The notes beneath the pieces are model-generated. The model ran no database searches and was not told the origin of the DNA. It saw only the letters and a list, made by a program, of their open reading frames with translations. Shown here piece after piece: positions 37,565 to 45,541 of a stretch of DNA of 64,000 nucleotides. Where the stretch lies: NCBI GenBank assembly GCA_964565565.1, contig CAZMFM010000001.1, positions 3,883 to 67,882 of the forward strand. Reading direction: 5' to 3'. The translations under genes were made by a program, and so were the position numbers. The stretch's first letter is position 1. Every line of letters starts with the position of its first letter. Source of the stretch: an uncultured Spirochaetaceae bacterium. Its GTDB lineage: Bacteria; Myxococcota_A; UBA9160; UBA4427.

Positions 37565-38677
37565 TCAGTTCGCGAGCGGACGCACTCGATCGACCATCAC
37601 GCGCAGAAATTCTTGCGGCTCTTCGAAGGGTACGAGATGCGCGGCGTTCTCGAAGACGATGAATTCCTTGTATGGCGCTCGAAGCATTTCAAAATAGTCG
37701 CGGGTCGTTTCAAAAACCGTCTGAAGATCATGTCGCCCTTGTAGGATGAAGATCGGAACGTCAAGTTCGACGGCTGTCTGCGTCAGATCGTCGTCGAGCA
37801 GGGGTTCCTCGAGCAAGCCCATCGAATAGTCCTCGCCGGGGATATAGTTGAGCTTGTCCTCCAGACGATATTCCCGAAATCCCAGCAAGGGTCGCGCAAG
37901 CATCCACAAAGCTCCGACATTCGTCCGCCCGTAGGCCGCTCCGCCAAACTCCCGCACCCATTTTCGCTGCCGACCCAGGCCTACGAGACCACCCGCATAA
38001 CGACCGCGGTCGGGCGGACCAAGCGCCTCGAGTTCTTGCACCGCGTCACTCCGGCCCGAGGCCTTCGCCTCGGCCAGTACGGCCGCATAGCTGCGAGCCT
38101 CGCTTTCCTGCTGATTGGCGACCTGCCCCATTCCGACGAAGGCGTAGTAGTCGCCGGGATAGCGGTGTACGACGCGCATCCCTAGATACGAACCCCACGA
38201 ATGTCCGGCCAGGAATATCTTTGACTTCGCGAAGCGGTCTTGGAGGTAGCCTGTCAACTCATGCGCGTCAGAGACCAACTGATCGACGGTCATCGTCTCG
38301 TCCGGAATCGATTCAGAATAGGAGGCGCCGGCTCCGCGCTGATCCCAATGGACGACGACAAAATCGTTTTCGAGGGCGCCGTTGTAGGCGAGAAATTGCG
38401 CCGCCGCGGGATCCCCGGGCCCACCGTGGAGTAGCAGCAGAACCGGATTCGAAGAATCACGTCCGCGGATCAGGACGAACTGCGAAAGCCCACCCAACGG
38501 GACATCAACGATCTCGGCGATACTGCCAGCAATCTCCTCGCCCTGTTCGTCCAGGATCGGTGATGTCGTTCCCGGACTCCAGATCCAAAGGACTGCCAGC
38601 GCCAAGGCTAGTACCACGCCGACGGAGACGACCGCCATGACGCTCGCGAAGGCAAGGATGCGAACTCGCTTGGCCAC
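37565..38677 (-). CDS. Alpha/beta hydrolase, prolyl aminopeptidase-like (S33)
   Basis: N-terminal anchor, LLLLHGGPGDP, and the nucleophile elbow LAGHSWGSYLG. Confidence 0.85.
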   Translation of the reverse strand: MAKRVRILAFASVMAVVSVGVVLALALAVLWIWSPGTTSPILDEQGEEIAGSIAEIVDVPLGGLSQFVLIRGRDSSNPVLLLLHGGPGDPAAAQFLAYNGALENDFVVVHWDQRGAGASYSESIPDETMTVDQLVSDAHELTGYLQDRFAKSKIFLAGHSWGSYLGMRVVHRYPGDYYAFVGMGQVANQQESEARSYAAVLAEAKASGRSDAVQELEALGPPDRGRYAGGLVGLGRQRKWVREFGGAAYGRTNVGALWMLARPLLGFREYRLEDKLNYIPGEDYSMGLLEEPLLDDDLTQTAVELDVPIFILQGRHDLQTVFETTRDYFEMLRAPYKEFIVFENAAHLVPFEEPQEFLRVMVDRVRPLAN

Positions 38678-38692
38678 GACTTCCGAGACCGC

Positions 38693-39184
38693 CTAACGTT
38701 CGATGGCTGCCAGGTTCTCGATCGTCTGAGCAACCGCCTCGGCCACTTCTGCACCCTTGGTCTTGAAATGCTCCTTGAAGAACGCACGATGTTCCTCATG
38801 ATCATGGAAGGTCTGGGGCGTCAGCACGGCGGATATGATCGGAACGTTGGTCTCGAGCTGAATCCGCATCAAGGCGTCGACGACGGTGCCCGAAACGAAG
38901 TCATGGCGATAGATCCCACCGTCCACAACGAAGGCCGTCGCAACAATCGCGGAAAAGCGCCCGGTCTCGGCCAGGCGTTTGGCCTGCAACGGAATTTCCA
39001 GCGTACCCGGGACCTCGAAGAGCTCCACCTGATCCCGCGAATAGCCATGCCCTTCGAGGGCTCCGAGGAAGGCGTCGCGCGCTTGATCGACAATCTCGCG
39101 ATGCCAACAGGCCTGAATGAACGCGATACGCTCGCCGCGCAGGGGGATGAGACTTCCTTCGGATTGCGGACTGGACTGGGACAT
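38693..39184 (-). CDS. ribH: 6,7-dimethyl-8-ribityllumazine synthase, type II (RibH2-like)
   Basis: IAFIQACWHREIVDQAR..FEVPGTLEIPL..AFVVDGGIYRHDFV..QLETNVPIISAVLTP closely follows the Brucella-type RibH2 pattern as I recall it. AAGGAG lies 6 nt upstream of ATG 39184; the track start at 39244 is rejected. Confidence 0.9.
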   Translation of the reverse strand: MSQSSPQSEGSLIPLRGERIAFIQACWHREIVDQARDAFLGALEGHGYSRDQVELFEVPGTLEIPLQAKRLAETGRFSAIVATAFVVDGGIYRHDFVSGTVVDALMRIQLETNVPIISAVLTPQTFHDHEEHRAFFKEHFKTKGAEVAEAVAQTIENLAAIER

Positions 39185-39382
39185 CGATTCTCCTTCTCGT
39201 GGATTCGGCCAGAATTTTTCGACGATCGTCGCGGCAGAGGACACCGACCAGCCACCGGGCCAGCCAACACGTCGCGGAGCTTAGAGTGTAGCCAAGGCAG
39301 CGGGAACCACGCGGTCGCGATTTCGCTTCGGGCGTCCTGGCTTCGTCGAGATCCTCGACTCATTTCCTGCGAGTTGAGATTG

Positions 39383-40141
39383 CTAGCGTCTTCGTGGTGA
39401 GCGCGCCGTCAGCGCCGCCAACCCGAGAGCGACAAGCAGTGCACTGCTGGGTTCCGGCACTGGGTAGATCTCGATCACATCGACGTCGACGTCAAAGGCC
39501 ACGAACCGTTGGGACAACAATGCCCCGGTCACCTCGTCGAAGATGAAGTCGTTGATCCGGAACGTCACTCCACTGACCGGCGCTCCGACGGGCGCAACAC
39601 GTTCAATGCGCGTCGGAAGACCGTTGAATGGAATTGTGCCCGAGGGCATCTGCAGCACGATCTCGATAAAATCTCGACGATTGCCGAATTCGATGTCTTC
39701 GTAGTACTGGCCTGACAACTGAAAATAGTCGGGTGCGGTCGACGTTGGATCGTCAGCAGCGATCAGGTCAGCGTACTGAAACGTCGAGCCGGTCTGGAAC
39801 GTTCTTCCGTTCACGGTAATCGACATCTGAAGCCAAACGGGGTCGCCACCATCCGTCCGGTATTGGCGGCGTCCGAGGAAGCGGTTTTGTTCGGGCGGCG
39901 CCAGATCAGTGTCATATGCGAAATCGACGCGCACGGACTGACCGAACAACTCGCCCGTCGTCAGGCCGAACACGTCCACGCCATCGCCCCGGACCTCATT
40001 GAAGGCGCTATTGATCGATCCTTCGACGTAGCCCTCAACCCGAAGGGCCTGCGCGGGCGAACTCATCAGCGCGACGCTCAGCCCAACCCCGGCAAGCAAA
40101 AGCGCCGCCCTACCCAGCTTACGGTCCCACGAAGATGACAT
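39383..40141 (-). CDS. PEP-CTERM sorting-domain secreted protein
   Basis: Signal peptide AALLLAGVGLSVALMSSPAQA. C-terminus VPEPSSALLVALGLAALTARSPRRR, which is PEP + TM + basic tail. Confidence 0.8.
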   Translation of the reverse strand: MSSSWDRKLGRAALLLAGVGLSVALMSSPAQALRVEGYVEGSINSAFNEVRGDGVDVFGLTTGELFGQSVRVDFAYDTDLAPPEQNRFLGRRQYRTDGGDPVWLQMSITVNGRTFQTGSTFQYADLIAADDPTSTAPDYFQLSGQYYEDIEFGNRRDFIEIVLQMPSGTIPFNGLPTRIERVAPVGAPVSGVTFRINDFIFDEVTGALLSQRFVAFDVDVDVIEIYPVPEPSSALLVALGLAALTARSPRRR

Positions 40142-40398
40142 CGTCCTAGTTTCTCCCTCAGGAGGCAATCGCGCGCGTGCGTTTCGCGCTCGTAGAAGCC
40201 CTCCTCAGTAGTGGTACAGGAGGGCCGATAGTGTCAGGAGGAGAACCAGAATCGACTCATTAACACTCACGATCTCCGCATTGCTGACGAGTCCCGCGTC
40301 GCCCCAGGCAGGCCTCGTCTGCTAGGGCACGGTCTGTGGTCTGGGCGACCGGATACGCATTCAGGTCGGCTCCCAGTGGCCTCCTGCGATTTCCGTAG

Positions 40399-40725
40399 CG
40401 CCCTTCATCGCAACCGGGAACCAGTGCGGCGGACAATAGTGTCGTTGTGCTCGTGACCGGTTCTTTGACCGCCCGTGGCCACCCGAACTTGGACGGGATG
40501 TCCGACCGTACCTGGATCACTCTGGAGATCCCGGAGCCCAGTGCATCCATCATTGCCTCGATCGGACTCTTTGCGTTGTTCGTCTGTAAAAGGTCCCCAC
40601 AAAGGCTGACTTTGTTTTGTGAGTGCACCGAGAAGCGACTACGCTCCAAAGCAAGGAGTTTCATGTCTAGCGCCGTCCACGCCTCAAATCTATTTTCGGT
40701 CGTTCCGATCAACGCGACTCAATGA
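40399..40725 (+). pseudogene. Probable relic of a small PEP-CTERM protein gene
   Basis: The frame contains ..WITLEIPEPSASIIASIGLFALFVCKRSPQR.. (PEP at 40531-40539, TM, then KR). This frame has no signal peptide and opens right after a TAG at 40396. Signal-like and beta-rich text sits in another frame upstream (..SLTLTISALLTSPASPQAGLVC*GTVCGLGDRIRIQVG..), interrupted by a TAG at 40322. The frame reads about 45 codons past the sorting signal. GC is lower locally. Confidence 0.4.
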
Positions 40726-42896
40726 GCATGCTCGGTCGGATCAGCCCATTCTGGCGAGTGATCCTCGGACTGGCGTTAGGCGTATTCTTCGGCCTCTTCG
40801 TCGGCGAGCCGGCGAGCGCGCTCGCGATCGTTGGCGACGCGTATATTCGGCTGCTGCAGATGACTGTGCTGCCCTATGTGCTGGTGTCGTTGATCGCGGG
40901 CCTTGGTTCCCTCGACGCCGACATGGCGAAGCGCATCGGAACCCGAGGCGGGGCCGTCATCCTCGCGCTATGGGCGGCGACACTGGGAACCCTCGTCTGT
41001 TTGCCGCTTGCCTATCCCAATTGGACGTCGGCCGCGTTCTTCAGCACGAGTCTCGTAGCGGACGCTGGGGCCTTCGATCCGCTCGCACTCTACCTGCCGG
41101 CCAATCCATTCTATGTCCTGGGCCACGGCGTCGTTCCCGCCGTAGTGCTCTTCGGAATCAGCCTGGGTCTGGCTCTCATCCCTGTGACGAACAAGGGCGG
41201 ATTGCTGCGCGGGCTCAACAATCTGAGCGATGCGTTGATGAAGATCGCCTCCTTTGTCGGCAAAGTCGCGCCGATCGGAATCTTTGCGATCTCTGCCTCG
41301 GCGGCGGGAACTTTGCAACCGGAAGAACTCGGTCGGCTCCAGGTCTTTTTGTGGGTCTACCTCACTGCCTGGGCTGTGTTGGCTTTCTGGACCGTGCCGG
41401 CCATCGTCGCCTGGGCGACTCCGTTTAGTTACCGCGATGTCGTCGTACACGCGCGCGAGGCCATGGTCACCGCCTTTGCGACTGGTACGGTGTTGGTTGT
41501 CTTGCCCATGATCGCGGAGCAATCAAAGGCGCTGCTCAAGGAAAAGGGGATGGACAACCCGGAGACTCAGACTGCAATCGACATCCTGGTCCCGACCGCC
41601 TACAGCTTCCCGAGTGTAGGCACCTTGCTCGGGCTGGGGTTCGTGTTATTCGCGGCCTGGTATATCGGTTCGCCGCTCTCCGTCGCCGACTATCCCGGGT
41701 TCGTGTCGGTCGGGGCACTCGTCGCCTTCGGTTCGATGGCTGTGGCGATCCCCTACATGCTCGATTTCTTCTCGATGCCAGCAGACCTCTTCCAGCTTTA
41801 TCTGCTGGGCAGTGTCGTGACGGCGCGATTCGCGACAGGTCTCGCTGCGATGCATGGTGTCGCCGTCTGTCTACTCGGTGCCTCCGCAGTGGTCGGGCGG
41901 CTCTCCAAACGTCGCTTGTTGCAGATGATCGGCATCAGTATCGGCATCGCCGCGCTCGCCATGCTCGGCCTTGGCTTCGTCCTCACGAAGGCGATTCCGT
42001 ATGCCTATCAGGGTGAACAAGCGCTCGTGTCGATGGAGTTGTTGTGGACGCCGGTCGAGGCCGAACAGGTTGAGTTGCCTTCGCCGCTCTCGCGCAAGGA
42101 TCGGGAGCGTGCCCGGCTCGACGTCGTACGCGAACGTGGAACGCTGCGTGCGGGATATCTTCCGGACCGTCTTCCCTTCGCCTACCGCTCGAGCCGGGGA
42201 GATATCGTCGGATACGACCTCGACCTCCTGCACCAGATTGCAGGGGACCTGGATGTCACCCTCGAGTTGGTTCGCGTTGGGCAAGTCGAGGCGATCGCGG
42301 CGCTGCGCGATGGAAATCTGGATATCCTGGCCGGCGGAATCGATGTCACGCCCCAACTTGCGATCGAAGTGGCCTTTTCAGATTCCTACATCGACCAGTC
42401 TGCTGGATTCGCGGTCGCTGACCATCGTCGAGACGAGTTCGTCGACTTGGAGCAGATCCGTGAGATCGTCGGGCTACGAATCGGAATCGGCAAAGAGACC
42501 CACTATCGCGCAATGCTCGAGAAGCTTCTTCCCGACGCGGAGTTCGTCGTCCTTGACTCGCCGCGTGTATTCTATCGGGACAAGAGCGCCGGCGTCGACA
42601 TCCTTGCCACATCCGCTCAGGCTGGCTCGGCCTGGACGCTCGTCTATCCGGATTTCAGCATCGTCGTTCCGCGAGATCTCCGAATCAACGGATCGACCGC
42701 ATTCGCTCTTCCACTCCGCGACGATGCTTTCGTTCGCTATATCAATACCTGGCTCGAATTGGCTGAGAAGAACGGCCTCTCCGAGGGCCTGTTCCGTCAT
42801 TGGATTCTGGGTCAGGACAACACACACTCGTCTCCCCGCTGGTCGATCCTCAAGGACGTTCTCGGGTGGAATCGCGAAGCAACCAAGGAGGACTGA
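40722..42896 (+). CDS. Fusion of a dicarboxylate/amino acid:cation symporter (DAACS) with an extra TM helix and a periplasmic family-3 solute-binding domain
   Basis: The N-terminal 390 aa or so resemble GltP/SDF (..AYIRLLQMTVLPYVLVSLIAG.., ..VAPIGIFAISA..). Next comes RLSKRR + LLQMIGISIGIAALAMLGLGFVL. Then GTLRAGYLPDRLPFAY..GYDLDLL..DILAGGIDVTP..FSDSY, which matches SBP_bac_3. Confidence 0.85.
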   Translation: MSMLGRISPFWRVILGLALGVFFGLFVGEPASALAIVGDAYIRLLQMTVLPYVLVSLIAGLGSLDADMAKRIGTRGGAVILALWAATLGTLVCLPLAYPNWTSAAFFSTSLVADAGAFDPLALYLPANPFYVLGHGVVPAVVLFGISLGLALIPVTNKGGLLRGLNNLSDALMKIASFVGKVAPIGIFAISASAAGTLQPEELGRLQVFLWVYLTAWAVLAFWTVPAIVAWATPFSYRDVVVHAREAMVTAFATGTVLVVLPMIAEQSKALLKEKGMDNPETQTAIDILVPTAYSFPSVGTLLGLGFVLFAAWYIGSPLSVADYPGFVSVGALVAFGSMAVAIPYMLDFFSMPADLFQLYLLGSVVTARFATGLAAMHGVAVCLLGASAVVGRLSKRRLLQMIGISIGIAALAMLGLGFVLTKAIPYAYQGEQALVSMELLWTPVEAEQVELPSPLSRKDRERARLDVVRERGTLRAGYLPDRLPFAYRSSRGDIVGYDLDLLHQIAGDLDVTLELVRVGQVEAIAALRDGNLDILAGGIDVTPQLAIEVAFSDSYIDQSAGFAVADHRRDEFVDLEQIREIVGLRIGIGKETHYRAMLEKLLPDAEFVVLDSPRVFYRDKSAGVDILATSAQAGSAWTLVYPDFSIVVPRDLRINGSTAFALPLRDDAFVRYINTWLELAEKNGLSEGLFRHWILGQDNTHSSPRWSILKDVLGWNREATKED

Positions 42897-42898
42897 AT

Positions 42899-43729
42899 AT
42901 GTGTCGATGGATGGCCTACTCCGGCAATCCGGTTGCGATCGATGAACTCGTGCTGAACACGGAGTTCTCACTGGTCGATCAGAGCATGTCCGCAAAGCTG
43001 GCGCCGAAGCCAACGAACGGGGACGGGTTCGGATTGGGATGGTACGGGGAGGACGGCGAACCGGGCGTCTACCGCAGCACCCAACCAGCCTGGAACGACG
43101 CCAACCTGCGCGACCTTGCTCATCACCTCAAGTCAGGGATGTTTTTCGCGCACGTACGTCGCTCGACGGGCACCCCTGTCCAGCAGTCAAACTGCCATCC
43201 CTTTCGCCATGATCGCTGGCTCTTCGTACATAACGGATTGATCTACGGCTTCGACAAGATTCGTCGGGGCATGATGCTCGAAATCGATCCGCAGCTCTTC
43301 CCGGAAATTCGGGGCAGCGCGGCCTCGGAGGTGATGTTCTATCTCGCCTTGACCTACGGCCTCAAAGAGGACCCCATTGGCGCGATCGAGCGAATGGTCG
43401 GTCTCGTCGAGCGGCTCGGTCATGAGGCCGGCGTCGCTGAGCCGATCCAGATGACAGTGGGCGCTTCAGATGGAGAAACGCTCTGGTCCGTGCGCTATTC
43501 GAGTGTGCGCGATTCGCGCAGTCTCTTTTTCACAACCAACGTTTCAGAGTTGCGCGAACTCTACCCCGACAATGCGAATCTCGATCTCGTGGGCGAGACC
43601 GGCCGGATCGTGACGTCGGAGCCGACAAGCGATCTCGAAGGCGTGTGGAACGCGGTCCCCGAATCGACGGCGCTGACTATTCGGGGTGGCGACTTCGAGC
43701 AGCGGCCCTTCCAGCCGGTTCTTCCCTAG
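42899..43729 (+). CDS. Class II (Ntn) glutamine amidotransferase-like protein (YafJ/EgtC-like)
   Basis: Starts MCRWMAYSG (Cys2 nucleophile), with AAGGAGGA upstream, 2 nt after the transporter stop. Contains ..NGDGFGLGWY.., HVRRSTG..QQSNCHPF and FVHNG. Confidence 0.8.
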   Translation: MCRWMAYSGNPVAIDELVLNTEFSLVDQSMSAKLAPKPTNGDGFGLGWYGEDGEPGVYRSTQPAWNDANLRDLAHHLKSGMFFAHVRRSTGTPVQQSNCHPFRHDRWLFVHNGLIYGFDKIRRGMMLEIDPQLFPEIRGSAASEVMFYLALTYGLKEDPIGAIERMVGLVERLGHEAGVAEPIQMTVGASDGETLWSVRYSSVRDSRSLFFTTNVSELRELYPDNANLDLVGETGRIVTSEPTSDLEGVWNAVPESTALTIRGGDFEQRPFQPVLP

Positions 43730-43731
43730 CC

Positions 43732-43755
43732 CAGCTAGCCAGCTAGCCAGCTAGC
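43732..43755. repeat. 8-bp microsatellite (CAGCTAGC)x3 with degenerate flanking copies
   Basis: CAGCTAGC at 43732, 43740 and 43748. Degenerate copies are CCCTAGCC (43724) and CAGTTGCC (43756). Each unit holds the palindrome GCTAGC. Lies directly after the amidotransferase stop. Confidence 0.8.
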
Positions 43756-44075
43756 CAGTTGCCTGGAGGTGCTTGGCCACTGGTCAGTCGACCGAGCCGG
43801 CCGTTCGACCGCGAGACGCTTCGCCACAACAAGCGTGACCGGATGTCTCTTCCGTACAGCGTCGAGATCCGATTCCGCTCCCAACGCGCATCCCCTTCTG
43901 CCTCAGTCGCACACGCCACCGGCACGCGAATTGCGTGTCTATAGGGGTAGCGAGCCTCTCGACTCCGCGTCGAGTCGGGGCTTGTCCGTCATCGCGGGCG
44001 ATTCGTCTCGTACCGGGACCCCGATCGCACGACGAAATCCGCCGGCGATTCGCCGGCCGCAAGGAGATTCGATCC

Positions 44076-44789
44076 ATGGCATTCGGCACTCGCATCCATC
44101 CCCTTCTCGCAAGACGTGCGATGCGCGCATTGCGAGCGGACCCCGACGACACCACCGCCGCCATCCGCGTGATCGCCGCTCTCTCCGGCAACTCGGGCAG
44201 ACGGGACTTCGAACGTTTCAAACGCTCCAGGCGTGGTGCGGCAATCTTGCGCGAGAAGCGCGACCTCTTCGATATGTTGACGGATCACGAGCGACTCGAG
44301 GCGATGCCACCCGGATCTTTTGGGCGAACCGTCATCGAATGGTTCAAGCGAGAGAACATCAGCACGCGCGGCCTGATCCTCGCGAGCGAAGCCGCGCGCG
44401 ACGGCACAGAGCCCGAGCCCGGCGAAGCAGAACAGTTGTACCGCGCCCGGATGCGCAACCTGCACGACGTCTTTCACGTCCTCACCGGATACGACCGAGA
44501 CCTGCGCGGTGAGTCGGCGGTCCTGGCCTTTACGATCGCTCAAAATTACAACCGCGGGATTGCCTACCTGGTCTGGACGGCACTTCGCGAAGAGGGCTGG
44601 AACTCGATTGGCGGAAGGCTGATCCGGGAGGGATACAAGCGCGGCCGACGCGCGCAGCGGCTCGTCGAGCAAGACTGGGAGAAACTCTTCGAACTTCCGA
44701 TCGACCAGGTCCGCGAGCAACTCGGCGTCGGTGAGCCACCGGTCTATGAACAGCTTCGGTCTTCGGGTGCGCCAGCGATGAGCGCTTAG
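44076..44789 (+). CDS. Coq4-family protein (ubiquinone biosynthesis protein Coq4 homologue)
   Basis: Intact HDxxH-x11-E metal motif: HDVFHVLTGYDRDLRGE. AAGGAG lies 9 nt upstream of ATG 44076; the track start at 43935 is rejected. Confidence 0.8.
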   Translation: MAFGTRIHPLLARRAMRALRADPDDTTAAIRVIAALSGNSGRRDFERFKRSRRGAAILREKRDLFDMLTDHERLEAMPPGSFGRTVIEWFKRENISTRGLILASEAARDGTEPEPGEAEQLYRARMRNLHDVFHVLTGYDRDLRGESAVLAFTIAQNYNRGIAYLVWTALREEGWNSIGGRLIREGYKRGRRAQRLVEQDWEKLFELPIDQVREQLGVGEPPVYEQLRSSGAPAMSA

Positions 44790-44814
44790 GCGACGGGCCG
44801 GCATAGAGCCCTAC

Positions 44815-45453
44815 TCATGCCAATCGATCAAAGGCCCGGAGAAGTCGTTCCCGAGCGCGGGTCTTGCCCGCGACGTCGAATTGTCCATCGGCCTCGAGAT
44901 CCTCGAGCGAAACGCCCTCGAAGAGCCAGCGCCGAAAGGCCATGCTCGACCCGCTCACCCTCAAATCGGGCGCGTCCGTCTCGCGTTCTCGAACGCTGAG
45001 ATAGTCGCCCTCGAAGCTGAGCGTGAAACACCGGTCATCGATCTCGAAGAGCGCTCGATAGTTCTTGCCACCCAGGAAGCGCCGCTTCATCGCAATCAGC
45101 CCCCAGGCGACGTCGATTCGATCCTCCGCCCGAGGCGCGTCCATCAATGCGCCCCCCCAGCGTCCGAGTTCCATGATGACCGGCTCGAGCGTCGCCCCCC
45201 TCGGCGTCAGCTGATAGGCGGGCGGCCTGGCGCCGCTTCGTGAGACTTTCTCGATCAGTCCGTCGACTTCGAGCCGCTTGAGTCGGTGAGCCAGAAGGTT
45301 GGTCGTCAGCCCAGGTAGATTTTCGAGCAGGTCGGAATAACGCCGCGGTCCGAGCAAGAGCTCTCGCACGAGCAGGAGCGTCCACCGCTCGCCCACCATG
45401 TCGAGAGATCGCGCCAAGCCACAAAATTGCTGATAGCTACGTCGAGGAGTCAT
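44815..45453 (-). CDS. HxlR-family winged-helix regulator with a C-terminal SCP2-like extension
   Basis: MTPRRSYQQFCGLARSLDMVGERWTLLLVRELLLGPRRYSDL..LPGLTTNLLAHRLKRLEVDGLI. ATG 45453 is preferred over GTG 45489. Confidence 0.85.
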   Translation of the reverse strand: MTPRRSYQQFCGLARSLDMVGERWTLLLVRELLLGPRRYSDLLENLPGLTTNLLAHRLKRLEVDGLIEKVSRSGARPPAYQLTPRGATLEPVIMELGRWGGALMDAPRAEDRIDVAWGLIAMKRRFLGGKNYRALFEIDDRCFTLSFEGDYLSVRERETDAPDLRVSGSSMAFRRWLFEGVSLEDLEADGQFDVAGKTRARERLLRAFDRLA

Positions 45454-45467
45454 TTCCGGTTGTCGAG

Positions 45468-45513
45468 AGTACTTTATTTTCGACTCCACATTGCTATTAA
45501 AAAGTAAAGTACT
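45468..45513. promoter_or_regulatory. Inverted repeat AGTACTTTA-N27-TAAAGTACT in the divergent HxlR / membrane-protein intergenic region (candidate operator)
   Basis: Left arm AGTACTTTATTTT at 45468-45480. Right arm AAAAAGTAAAGTACT at 45499-45513. The 9-bp cores are perfect reverse complements. The patch is AT-rich in a GC-rich genome. Confidence 0.45.
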
Positions 45514-45541
45514 ATGAATGGATCGCCCGAGGAGAATTCCA

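Noticed and set aside
39185-39382. FMN (RFN) riboswitch upstream of ribH
   Set aside because: The conserved RFN sequence blocks were not found in the reverse-complemented leader.
40169-40721. Riboswitch or sRNA (glycine-like CTCTGGAGA at about 40520) ahead of the amino-acid-type transporter; also the 150-aa minus ORF 40260..40712
   Set aside because: There is no ACCGAAGG-type partner motif. The interval is better explained by a decayed PEP-CTERM gene on the plus strand. The minus ORF has no features.
42800-44075. Longer track starts for the amidotransferase (42800), Coq4 (43935), GST (57019), MarR (50673), the lumazine synthase (39244) and others
   Set aside because: In each case the extension overlaps the neighbouring gene or lacks homology. 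An internal start with a good Shine-Dalgarno, or with the expected N-terminal motif (for example MC.. for the Ntn enzyme), exists.
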